Both the position numbers and the translations under genes were made by a program. DNA of 61,549 bases, counting the filler, from Choristocarpus tenellus KU-1152 (taxonomy: Eukaryota; Protista; Phaeophyceae): the NCBI GenBank assembly GCA_964200185.2. It is 13 parts of 13 records of this genome, joined end to end, with 100 filler letters (N's around TTAATTAATTAA, not from the genome) between each part and the next. Parts side by side here need not be neighbours in the genome. Positions count along the whole stretch, not along the records: positions 34,648 to 39,071 come from CAXNAD020014606.1; positions 39,172 to 44,002 come from CAXNAD020012901.1; positions 44,103 to 48,090 come from CAXNAD020016786.1; positions 48,191 to 53,832 come from CAXNAD020010154.1; 9 more parts are not named here. The stretch is one strand, 5' to 3'. Positions within the stretch are counted from its first letter, which is position 1; each line of letters begins with the position of its first letter. The notes beneath the pieces are model-generated. The model was not told where the DNA came from and did no database searches. It saw nothing but the letters and a program-made list of their open reading frames with translations. Below are positions 37,040 to 48,643 of the stretch, in pieces.

Positions 37040-38999
37040 TAAGGTTCGAGCTTCAGGAGGCTCGAGAAGATGGTCTTCCTCGCATGGAGTGCTTCCACAT
37101 GCTCGGGACACAATGTGTTGCCTGGCCTCCCTCTACGATCGCCAAGTTTAACCTGTGTGGGCTTGTGGACGTAGCATTCATCCCCGAAAACAAGAGAAAC
37201 GACCCCTTTACCGGCCTTAATGAGCCTGAACCCATGGTCGTATATGACTTGGGTAAGGATTTGAGTCTGCACTCAATACTGCGAAGAAGCAGGTTTCGTT
37301 GCCGATCCTAGGAGCTCGGTAATGCACGCCTCCATGAAGGCTTCGGTGATCCCCAGATCGGATGCATCGCCAGAGTCGGCCGCGTCCTGTGTGACGCAAT
37401 CGTCATCACCATGCGATGACCTTTCGTCGTCACCGTCAAATCCTCGAGGTAGATGATCACGGATTTACCACATATCTTCCCTTTTTTGCAGAAGCAAAGA
37501 CGTCTGCAAAGAAGCCAGGTTCTAAAGCGCTGACATCAGGACCACGAGGCTGTTTGAAGGGTCTCATTCGTCCAGCACCTTCTCTCACCCTCTTGTTCCT
37601 ATTTATCGTTCTTTTCCCCTTTCCTTTCCCCTTCTCGGAAGGCTTGTCCCTCGGTCTTGGGGTAGGATCGGCATGGGCGTGGTTCTCACTTTGCCCCATA
37701 GTATCGTCGTAGGTGTTCCCTGGCACTTGTGACTCGTCGCCGCCGCTGCCCACCGAATGGGCGTTTGGGGACATTCCGGCATCACTCCAGACAGGCGTGG
37801 ACTCTGAGTCCGTGCCTAGCTGCCCACCCACGTCCTCCTGTACAAGTTCCCCTGGAGCTGACAAAGCGTTACAATTGGGTCGATCCCCATCGCCTTCAGA
37901 GTCTTCTCTCAACCTCTTGTTCCTATTTTTCGTCCTTTTCCTCTTTCCTTTACCTTTCACGAAAGGCTTGTCCCTCGGTGTTGTGGTTGGATCGGCATGT
38001 GCGTGGTTCTCACTTCACCCCACAGTATCGTCGTAGGTCCTCTCTGGCACCTCGAACTCGTCGCCACCGCTGCCCAGTGAATGGGCGTTTGGGGACATAC
38101 ATGGGGTCACTCCTGACAGGCGTGGACTCTGAGTCCGTTCCTAGCCGCCCCCTCACGTCCTCCTGTACAGGTTCCTCTGGGCCTGACAAAGTGTTACAAA
38201 CAGGTCAGTCCCCATCGCCTTAAAGAGTTGTGTTCCGAGGGTGTGGTTGTATGCCTTCCCCCATGTAGAAGTCCTGCTTTCCGTACCTACTGTAGGGTTA
38301 GGCGATGGGTTATCCTGTTCCTCTTCATCACCTGGTGGGTTGGGTCTTCCACAACGTATAGGCGTGGATATGTCACCAGCTACCGGTGTTGAAGAAGGGC
38401 GACGAAAAGTAGGCGATGCTTCACAATCGTTTCACGAATCGCTTCCTGTGGAAGGAGCCGTGAGAACTTCACCTTCTCCCGTGCATATGTATACAAGGGT
38501 GGCGATCACATTGAAGAACTGGATGGAGATTTGGTTGGTGTGTCTACTCATCCCGGCTTCCATGTGTGTGTCCTCCCAAGCTTCTTTGAGGAATGCCTTT
38601 ATCTTGGCAGCTACCCTCCTCTTAATAGCCATCTGTAATGCGGTGTCGGCACTCCGGAAGTCCACGTCTCCCAGACAGTACTGGTTGCACCTGGTGACCA
38701 ATGTTGTCATGCCCGTGCGACGATTAGAGCCCTCTTCCGTTTCCTGGACGTAGGGGTGGGACCTGTCGCAACTGAAGTCGCGCCTGTACTCCAGGATAGC
38801 GGCAACCCAAGGCACCATCGAATATGTTGAGGATGTTGGGCACATGCGACCTACTGGCCGTCACATTCTCTCCTATCGAAATGGATTCAGCCTTTTCGCG
38901 GCTGCAGTGTGGATAGATCTTCCACATGACGCTCCTGTGATGTCCGATCTGGAGGTTCGCTCCAACGTCCGAGGCCCATTGTGTTGTGACGTGGGCTAG
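37040..38999 (-). pseudogene. Decayed intron-poor GC-rich coding region of unknown family with an internal ~324-bp duplication
   Basis: Consecutive minus-strand ORF pieces (38724-38999, 38432-38845, 37457-37960, 37039-37272) linked by frameshifts or stops. 37584-37903 is repeated at 37908-38227 and encodes basic NLS-like KGKGKRKRTKNRNKR blocks. Confidence 0.5.
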
Positions 39000-39171
39000 G
39001 ACCCAAAGTATCTGGGGGGGCAGCGGGGATCTACACCAGGGTGTCCATTTGTTCCAAAATCAGGAAAAGTGNNNNNNNNNNNNNNNNNNNNNNNNNNNNN
39101 NNNNNNNNNNNNNNNTTAATTAATTAANNNNNNNNNNNNNNNNNNNNNNNNNNNNNNNNNNNNNNNNNNNN

Positions 39172-41890
39172 ACTGGGATAAGCAGTTCCTCCTCCATACA
39201 GATGCTAGTGAGAATGGGGCTGGAGCAACACTGACCCAGGTGCAGGATGATGACCAAGAGCATGTCATAGCTTATGACAGCCGTAGATGGTCTAAATCAG
39301 ACAGTAGGAGAGCACCCACTGAAAGGGAATGCATGGCTATCTTGTGGGCTGTAGAGCACTTCCGCTCCTACATTTGGGGGGGGGAATTCACCCTAGCCAC
39401 TAACTGCTCCGCACTGACTTGGCTCTTCAAGAGTCGTGAACTTAGCCCCAAGCTCCACAGGTGGGCCCTCCGTCTTATGGACCATGACATGGAACTTAAG
39501 TGACGAGCCGGTTCGAAGCACCTACTACCAGATGAACTGTCACGACGTTCCTCACCCACAGATCAAGGTTTGGATATCGACGATTTTCTTCCTGACGATC
39601 CGTCAGTCGCTTGTAGCAAGAACTACGCTGGACCACGAGGACCTGTCTTAGATGGTGTATGTTTGCAAGATTTAGGTATATCAGACCTTAGCCCAGGTCA
39701 CCCCACACTGTCCCCTTGCTCTCTCTGTGCGTTGGTAGATTCAGAACTAGAGTGTACTCCTTCCCCACATGATGAACCGAGTCTAGATGTAGCACAGATG
39801 TTACTTAGGGAAACAGTTGATGCCACACTCTCAGGAATACTGTCAGCCCTGCAAGACTGCCACACGGGACCTGATAATCGAGACTTAGGCGTTAGAGGCT
39901 GGTTACCACTCAGTAGTTCCCAGGATCAAAGTCTGCTAGTGTGTATACCCCCGCCCTCTGGTTGGATGGCCCCAGATAAGATACCTAGTGTAGGCCCGAT
40001 ACACACCCCACAGCAACTCCTCCCCCCGCTTATCGCCGCTAACACTTTTGGTAAGCAACCTTTAGACCCTACCGTCGAAGACAGAGTAGAAACAAAAGGA
40101 ACAGCAGGAGAAGAGAAGCCACCTTGCAAGAAAAAGTGCACAAGTACACCATGGCCAAAGAACAAGAAGGACGGTGACAGAATAGTCCGAATAAGTGAGA
40201 TGGTTCAATACCATCCCACTCTCAAGAGAGCGATGGCTACTCTATCAGATGTGCTAGAGTTAGTGGAGAGGAAGAAGAAAGACCCCTTCTTGGGCAGCAT
40301 ACGGGATGTACTCGAAGGCCAAGAACACTGGAAGTCGTCACTCGAATGGGGAAAGGGAGTATAGATGTAGAGTCATATTCCCTAGATGATAAGGAGTTAC
40401 TCTGGTACACCCCTGGAGAGTATGCATCTAGGCTGGCAGTTCCTCGTTCACTAGTGTCAGACATTATAGTACTAGTTCACCTGCAGACTAGCCACCAGGG
40501 AGTTGGACTCACAGTAGCCCTAACCCGTCAATACTTCTTTTGGCCCTCACTCCACAAACACACGTAGGATTATGTTTTACCCTGTGGCTGTCGCAGACGA
40601 AAGGTGACTAGGAGCGCACAAGTGGCAATGCTGCCAGCCAAGGTCCTGGAACCATGGGATGTACTCAAGATGGATCTACAAGATGTAGGACACATCTCAG
40701 CAAAAGGCAACAAGTATCTATTAATTGCGATTGATAGAGCTTCGAGATTCCCTTTTGCATTCCCAATGGCGTCAAAGGAAGCAACTGGAGTAGCAACAAA
40801 CGTGTTAGAATTATGTCTTACATTTGGGATCCCTCTGTCAATTCGTAGTGATACAGGAGGGGAGTTCACAGGAGACATAATTAATCACCTTTGCCGTTGC
40901 TTGAAGGTCCCTATCAATTATGGACCAACTGGTAACTCGAGACGACAAGGGGGAGTAGAAAAGATGGAAGGTCTGCTTGTAGAAGTCCTGTCGGAACTAT
41001 GTGTGAAGTGACCAGATAGATGGGATGAGTATGTATCTCCGGCATGTTGAGCACAGCGAACTACTCCAGATCCCTTTGACCCTCTCAATCCCACTCCCTT
41101 CCGAGTCCTGTTTGGCCGTGACCCCCGCACACAGCTAGACGCCGACATACCGAAGTTGGATGGGGACATAGAGGTTGGAGGATTGGATTCCTTCGTAGAG
41201 CAATGCAGACAGAACTTCAGGGAAGTACGACAAGTCCTGGAGAGAAGGATGTCCACTAGGCAGAGACAGAGAGAGAGAGCCAATACTTTAATTGCTAGGT
41301 CTTCCCCAGGACTCGGATCCACACCAGGTCACCTAGTTCTAGTAAAAGAAGCGGACAGCTCTATATCCATGGGAAAAATTAGGCCAGACAAGAGTAGACT
41401 GGAAGCTAGTCCATGAAAGGTGGACAGGACCGTGGACTGTGAAGGAAATTTCACACAAGAGTAGTAGCATGACAGTAGAACTGCTAGGTAGGCAAACGCG
41501 CACGCGTAATGTTCATGCTTCTTGTGTAAAACCCTTCCACGTAAGACCCATCCATCTGAGGCATGGCTTCCAAGAGGAACATGCTCAACTAGTGTGGGAG
41601 ACGGACCTGGATCTAGCAGAGCAATCCGTGGTAGCAACCCCTATGTGCACTCTTAGAGACAGGAAAGCAGTATTGTCGCCATCCAAATATGGCACTGGGA
41701 GTACCGGGGAAAGTACCAGAACGGAGAGATGTAAGACTGAGTAACCGAGAAAGAGGCTATGGATAGCTTTACCCCACTCCAGTTAGATGTCTCCCATACC
41801 CTCTGGGACCTGTATAATCCAGACACGAGTCCACGCCTTACTGACATCTCTTGCCAAGGAAATCCCTTGTCTAGAGAGGATGCATTATGC
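39172..41890 (+). mobile_element. Ty3/Gypsy LTR retrotransposon pol, 3' half (RNase H - linker - integrase - chromo-like tail), decayed
   Basis: RNase H: FLLHTDAS..GAGATLTQ...VIAYDSR...TERECMAILWAVEHFRSY. Integrase HHCC: H..TSHQG...C.C. Core: MDLQD...IRSDTGGEF...GGVEK. Also WTGPW and WEYRGKY. The RH-then-IN order indicates Gypsy. Several stops and frameshifts. Confidence 0.95.
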
Positions 41891-42791
41891 CTGTACCACT
41901 GTAAAGAAGTCATGGAAAGACGAGAAGGGAAGGGATAAGTGGTACACAGGTACAGTTTAATGATGGGCATTGGGAGGAAATGAACAAAAGCGAAATTAGT
42001 CGTTTCTCCCAAAAATGATCCACCAGGTAACCACTATGCATCCAGAAGGCAAGGTACGTGAGGACTAACCGATTCATGTAAGAACACAGGAATCATTGAC
42101 AGTCCTAGTCCCCACAGAACGTAAGGCAGGAGAAGTCAGAAACAGGAAGTAACCCATATCTGCCCAGGTAGTAGTTTATATAGGATGCTTTTGTTTCTTT
42201 CCCTTCTAACTTTTTTTTTTGTATTGTTAATATCTATTTATCCCTTTTGTTTTTGTTTTTAATTATTATTATCATTATTCTTTTTTTTGTTTATCTCCTT
42301 GCTTCCCTTTTCTTTTCTTTTCTTTCTGTCAGCTCTGGTATCCCCATATAACTGTACTTACTTTGCTGTACATTGAATAAGTTCTTCCACCCCTTTCCCT
42401 CCCTCCTTTATTTTTTATTTTTATTTTATTTTATTTTTTCATGGAGGTCGACATTGATGTTATTGCCTGTGTTACGCACTAGCAGCCGTCAGTATGCTTC
42501 GTGCTGGGGGGCATGAGACAGGCAATAATCAGATTATACTTGGCACTCTAGGGAAGCTGTTTCTTAGAGAAAATAAATATATCCTCAGATTAGGCTAGAT
42601 GTAGACAGATTTTCCCCAGTAATTCAAGGATAGATGTTGTGGACCTAGTAGGAGCACGATATCCTTTTTCTCTCCCTCCATTTTTTTCCAACAGCATGAT
42701 CTGAGGTGAATGATGATATCTGTTGTCTTCACCAGTGAAAATCGCCTGTGGTAAGCGTGAAACATGTATCGCTAGTTCACGCTGGGGGGCA

Positions 42792-43397
42792 TGTTACAGG
42801 TGAATAGCGCGAGCGTTTCTTCTTATATTTCAACAAAGTGCGAGCATTTGTTACACGCGAATAGCGCGAGCATTTTCTCCTCATGTTTTAGGAAATACGA
42901 ATATTTGTGACAGATGTATAGTGTGAGGATTGTTTCTCGAGTTCTGACAAGTACGAACTATATACCATATTAGTAAGACATAGGTAGCCTTACAGAATAA
43001 GTTATTATTTTGAGAAGGTGCAGAGTAAGATTCGGAATACCTACGTAACATTACAGAAGAAAATGTCAAAGTCACTAAGAAGTTCAAGAATAAAGGCTTA
43101 TGATTGGAGTACCTATAAGTAGTTGATAGAAGACCAAAGAAATTGGGTGGATGATGAAAATGATAAGAGAGCTTATAGTGGAAACACTTTTACCTCCCTT
43201 ATGCCCCAGTCCTTTTTATCTTTGAACGAAACATTGAGTCAAGCTTTGAGCTAAGCACTGAGTGGAGTATCAAGAGAAAGGTCATCTGACACCCTACCAA
43301 CCGTTGTAAAAGGCAACACCCCCATAGCGTTGTTTTAAGGTCGTTGGATTTGAGTTATACATCCTGTGGAAGTGAGTTGGGTGTGGCGCCTGCAACA
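42792..43397 (+). mobile_element. 3' LTR of the Gypsy element (~606 bp)
   Basis: Preceded by the PPT-like GGGGGGCA; begins TGTTACAGGTG and ends CGCCTGCAACA (TG...CA, terminal inverted repeat). Directly followed by a 5'-truncated MITE. Confidence 0.85.
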
Positions 43398-43626
43398 TAT
43401 TTGCCCTGTTTGTCCATTTAAACCTTGACTTCCCACAGTTTTTTTTAATTACATTTTCCTACTCCAAAATGTTTCAGAGTAGGTAAAATGTATACATTAT
43501 GAAAAGGTGTTCCCGGAACATGGATATTGACACTTCCAACAAACACGATAGTCAAAATTACTCAAAATCGCAACATTGACTTTTGGCCCCAGAATGGACG
43601 CAACTCTACTCTCTAAAATAAGGCTC
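43398..43626 (+). mobile_element. MITE family A copy lacking its first ~25 bp (interrupted by the LTR element)
   Basis: Starts at TTTGCCCTGTTTGTCC, just inside the left TIR, then follows the family interior to a degenerate right TIR. Confidence 0.85.
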
Positions 43627-44164
43627 TTGATAATGTCCGCTCTCGATGGTCTTTACTCCCAATGTCTCAGCCTATGTATCTGGGCAAGCTGAGGATCGAA
43701 CCTTGAATACCTACACAGTGGGTGTCACGTCCTTGGGTGAGTGGGTAGTGCTGTTAAAACACGTAAGTCTCGGTAGGACGTCCATGTTACAGCACGCTCC
43801 AGAAGCTTACCTCCACAGGATGTATAGCTCTAATCTACTGGCCAATAGATGATGCTGATGGTTTTACACGCCTCCCAGGATACTCCGACAGTCAATAGGT
43901 CCAACGCACAGGTTAACGAACGTCAGCTCAGCAGAACAGGGGGTACTTCTCTCTTTCAAGAGCCAGGGTATCTTAGAGGGTAGGGCCGCATCCATCTGGG
44001 TGNNNNNNNNNNNNNNNNNNNNNNNNNNNNNNNNNNNNNNNNNNNNTTAATTAATTAANNNNNNNNNNNNNNNNNNNNNNNNNNNNNNNNNNNNNNNNNN
44101 NNGGGGGGGGGGAAATGTTATCATTTACATTCAAATATGAAAATTGATTCTTTAATTTTTGAAA

Positions 44165-44167
<3 letters not shown>

Positions 44168-44227
<60 letters not shown>
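44168..44227. repeat. (CA)n microsatellite
   Basis: About 30 CA units. Confidence 0.95.
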
Positions 44228-44230
<3 letters not shown>

Positions 44231-44920
44231 TACCCTTTTTACATATTTTTTCTTGTCCAGCCTTTGTGAGGGATGTATGTTACTATTCCCTTTCAAATTT
44301 GAGAAGCCTTTTTTTTTTTCATGTCTGTGCGAAACTTTCGTGTGGGTATATTGGATGGTATTTAGATAGTATTTAGGAACAACTAGTGCTGAAAGTGAAG
44401 CATTGTTGCCACTTACGTCATCCTTTGTGAGGGATTTTGAAAGGATTTTTACCCTGCCACAGTGTGGCGTTGATCTTTAGTAGTACAACCACCAAATTTT
44501 ATTATTTATAATTATTGTGAGAGCCCTTAGTTTGAAACGGGCCGGTGGAAAATTAATTTTGATTGTCTTGTTCGTGTCTTTTTTTTCTCTTTTTTTTTAG
44601 CACTCAGTTTTGAATTTGGTGGAGTGGGAACGTTTTTACCCTACCTGGGGTACTGGGCTCCTTCCTCACATGGTGAAGTTCAATCTATTGTTAGATTATT
44701 TTTTATTTATTTATTGTCGAAAGTTGCGATTCTAAAAATAAAATTATTTGAGTGATTTTAAAACTACATATCATTATTATGTTATATTATTAATTTTTTT
44801 TAGGTCCCTGAACCGGCTCTCTCCCCCTCCCCCCTGCGCTTGATTTAAACCCCTTTTTTTTTTCACCGTGATACTCTTTATTTTATTTTTTATTTTATTT
44901 TATTTTTATGTTATTTTCAG

Positions 44921-47900
44921 CCTTGTGCCTTAGACTGGGATGGCGGGGACACAGGGGAAGGGTCCTGGACCTTAACGGAGGCCAGCAGTGCTGAGTTTGA
45001 ACAGAAGGAGATTGCTCAACAGGTGAGATACAAAAATTAGGTTAGTTGGTCAGGGTTCAAGGTTGGAGGGAGGTGTGTGATTTTGTGACCGGGGCTTTTT
45101 CCTGTCTGTGAACTGAGTGACCAATACCAACACAAGTATCTGAGGAGAGGAAGAAATGCCTACCTATTATTTTTGAATGACATGAGTCAAAGTATATCTA
45201 TCTTAGAGGGTAAGGCCACATCCCATTTGGGGCCCAAAATCTGATTTTGCGATTTTGATGTGATTTGTCAATATCCATGTTTCAGACACACCCTATCATG
45301 ACCTATATATACGTTTGACGTATTCCAAAACATTTTTGATGAAACATTTTTTGATGAAACGTCTTGGAGTACGTCAAATGTCATTTTTTTTTTTAACATG
45401 GAGAGGCCAAGCCCCAAATGGACAAACAGGGGAAAACTCATACCCTCTAAGATACTTTCACTCACATTGACTCTTGAAGTTCAACAGTGGCAACGGTTCA
45501 CAGACACGCCTCCGTTGTTTTAGTTGAGAATATTCGTTGCTCGCTTTATATACATACATACATACATACATACATACACACACACACATATGTACATACC
45601 ACTACAACAAGACTGACTTATATTAATTTTTAATTTTCTTTTCCAGGTGTATCATGTACATAGGGTACTTGAATCAATTCTGTCCCCTGCAGTTGTTCCA
45701 GTGAGTGATGTAAATGTCCCATTTTCGAAAGAGATGGCGCAACTGCTGCAACAGGTTAGGACACATCTTCCGCCCCCACCCCCACCCCCACCCCCCCCAA
45801 TAGAAACAGTGTAAGAAATGGTTTGGAAGGGACTTGAGTGAAAGGATGGATGGTTGGGGGGAAGCAGGAAGAGGGGGTTAGGGTTAGGGTTAGGGTTTTG
45901 AGGGCTGTGTAATGTTGGATTCTTTGATTCTTTGTCAACAAAGAGGGGTATGTGTGTGTTTATTATTTTTACTATTGTTGTGTGGTTATTTTTATTTTTC
46001 TGGCTTTGTGTGTGTGTACAACTAATGTGTGTGTGTGTGTGTGAGCTGGTTTTAGTTTTGAGGAGTTGCTATTATTGTGTTGGTAGAATTTTGAAGTTTT
46101 GATTTGATTGTGTTGAATTGATTGTGTTGATTTGATCATATGTGTGCCATCAACACAATCAAATCATGGTACTGTCTAGTATCGATTGATGATTTTAATC
46201 AGTTCGTTGATGATACTGATGGTGATAGGAACACCATGAATCCTGGTGATGGATTGATTCTTTATTATTATTTTTATTTTTATTTTTGTTGCATGTGGAA
46301 AGAAGAACAGTTGCTCTCGTAATGGAGAACAAGGCACGTCATTCAAAGTAATATATATATATATATAGTAAAAAATGACCCTTAGACCGTTCTGAATATG
46401 TTGCTTCCGTGTACTAGTATGCACTAAACTTTTTTTTTCTTTTTTTTTTGGGGGAGGGGGGCATTGAGCTCTATTATTTTTTTATGTAGTGCTCTTTTTT
46501 TTGTTCCACCTTTCGTTTCATCTTGTGGAAGTCCTGCCGTACTGTCTATATTTATTTATTTTTTAAAGAGAGAAAAAAAAAATGATTGTTGAAGCTCGAT
46601 GTACTAAAATGCAGATTTAAAAAATAAGAAGTCGGTTTGAATATCTTTTTTATTCCCTTTTTTATTTTTATTTTATTTTTTTTGGGGGGGGGAACACTAT
46701 CCTCTGACAAAAGGCGTCTTCCGTTGTTTGTTGTGGGTAGGTAGGTACAGTAGGTACAGTAGGTACAGTATCCACACTATGTATGAAATCAAAATTGTTT
46801 CTTTCATCACTAGAGGCATAATGATATCTTGTTATTTATTTATTTTGTTCTAGTATTTTTTTAATTAAAAAAAAAGCAAGTACGAGAGAAATAAAGAAAA
46901 AAAAGAAAAAAAATGTGAACATCTTCTCGTGCTTCAAAATTTTTCCCTGAGATTTCGTACACGGAGTTGTATGTTTATATATATATATATAAATATATAT
47001 GGCGTGTGTGGATACAAAACGTTATCCTTGTATAAGAAGAAAAGAAAAGAAAAGAAAAGAAAAGAAAAGAAAAGAGTGTTCGGGGCGGCTGTACCCAGGC
47101 TTGAGGTTTTCGATGAAACGTCTCTGGAAAAACATTACGATTATTTTTTTATTATTAATGCTGTCACTGCGTGTTTTTGTTTCTGTTTTGTTTTCATTTT
47201 TGTTGTTTTTTTGTATCATTAAAAAAAAAAAAATTATACGTGCCTGTTTTTCCTTGTTGTTACGTTAGGGAGTGGCAGCTGCCTGCTGGTGCAAGGACGC
47301 TGACCTGGCTGAACAACTCCTGGAGATATGGATCAATCGCTTTGGCCACACAATGGTCAGTATAGAGAGCGTTTGGGAGGGGGAGGGGGGGGGGGGGCTG
47401 GTTGAGTTTGAGATTGTGTATGTGTTGAAATGACTTATTGAAGTAAATGTGAGTGTCTTGTTTTTGAAGCTCCTCAGTTTAGTTTGACAGAAGGATCAGT
47501 AGATACAATCATGTATCTACTACTACTCTTTTTTATATGGGTACAGAACAAAAAACACCTGCCTGCTATCTTTTTTATATTTATTATTTTATTATTGGGG
47601 GCAAAAGTACCTTTTGCCTTTTCCACACACTGTACTTGGGGGGTAAAGAAACCGAAAATAATCATAAAAATAAAAATAAAAATAAAATAAACAGAATATC
47701 GCTATCAATATCAGTATCAATATCAATATCTCAACTTTCCATTTTCTAGTTTAGTTCGTTAGGCCCAGGAGTTCGTTACGTGGTTGGCCTTGGTGACCAC
47801 GGCTGTGCATCGACATGACCTGTTCCTCCTACGCCATCCCCTCTGTTGATGATCATCCCTGCACGCCCTTCCTCTCTCCATTGGCAGCTCAACATGCTTG

Positions 47901-48049
47901 GAGCGGTGAGGTATGCTCTGGCACAGGTGCTGGATGGGCACTTGGGGACAGGGGACGGGGTTGGTCTGGACAAGGCGGTGGACCTTCTTCATCGTTGTGC
48001 AGCCTTGGGTCTCTTTGCTTCTCCTGCTGACTATATCAGGGTTATCAGA
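44921..48049 (+). CDS. Four internal exons of an unknown, probably alpha-helical repeat (PPR/TPR-like) protein
   Basis: Phase-0 GT-AG exons 44921-45022, 45647-45754, 47269-47355 and 47888-48049 join without stops (..AAACWCKDADLAEQLLEIW..LDKAVDLLHRCAALGLFASPADYIRVIR). The family call is a guess. Confidence 0.65.
45184..45463 (-). mobile_element. MITE family A copy (intronic)
   Basis: GAGTCAAAGTAT...TACCCTCTAAGATACTTTCACTC; TSD ACAT/ACAT. Confidence 0.9.
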
Positions 48050-48190
48050 GTACGTGTGTGTGTGTGCATGTGTGTGCTCTATGGACACACNNNNNNNNNN
48101 NNNNNNNNNNNNNNNNNNNNNNNNNNNNNNNNNNTTAATTAATTAANNNNNNNNNNNNNNNNNNNNNNNNNNNNNNNNNNNNNNNNNNNN

Positions 48191-48349
48191 CCTTTCCATC
48201 TGGGACCCTTTGCAATTACCCGAGTTACAGACTTTATTCTGCAACTTTTAGTCAAATTGGAGTTCCCCCTTTTGGGGTTCCCCACGTGCGTATACTGCTC
48301 GCGCTGGTTAAAGCGCGGGAAGAAATGCTCACGCTATTCGCCTGTAACA
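48191..48349 (-). mobile_element. Start of a related Gypsy LTR (truncated by contig edge)
   Basis: The reverse complement reads TGTTACAGGCGAATAGCGTGAGCATTTCTT, matching the LTR start at 42792. Confidence 0.7.
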
Positions 48350-48396
48350 GAGGTCCAAGGCGGTGCTAGGACTGCAGGATGGCAAAGTTTGATGGA

Positions 48397-48441
48397 GCAG
48401 TGGGATTGCTTGAGAAGTCCCTGTATGGGATAGTTCAGTCG
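48397..48441 (+). mobile_element. Short Ty1/Copia RT relic
   Basis: Translates AVGLLEKSLYGIVQS, matching the Copia LxKSLYGLxQS motif. Only 15 codons are recognisable. Confidence 0.5.
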
Positions 48442-48643
48442 TGGTGTGTATTATAATATATTTATTATTTATATTTTTAATATAGCAAGGGAAATTAGAC
48501 AATAGTTTCTAACTGACAAAAGTGTTGAGGTACTTGTTTGTGTAATATTTGAAGGAGAACCGAAATAATTTCGGTTATTTTATAGTTGTGTTTGGGAGAA
48601 GTAACGAGTGTATTGGTTGCTCCAACACCTTAAGAAAACCAAC

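Noticed and set aside
43622-43964. Short inverted repeat GGCTCTTGA...TCAAGAGCC suggesting another element
   Set aside because: Mostly explained by two facing family A termini; only 4 extra bases match.
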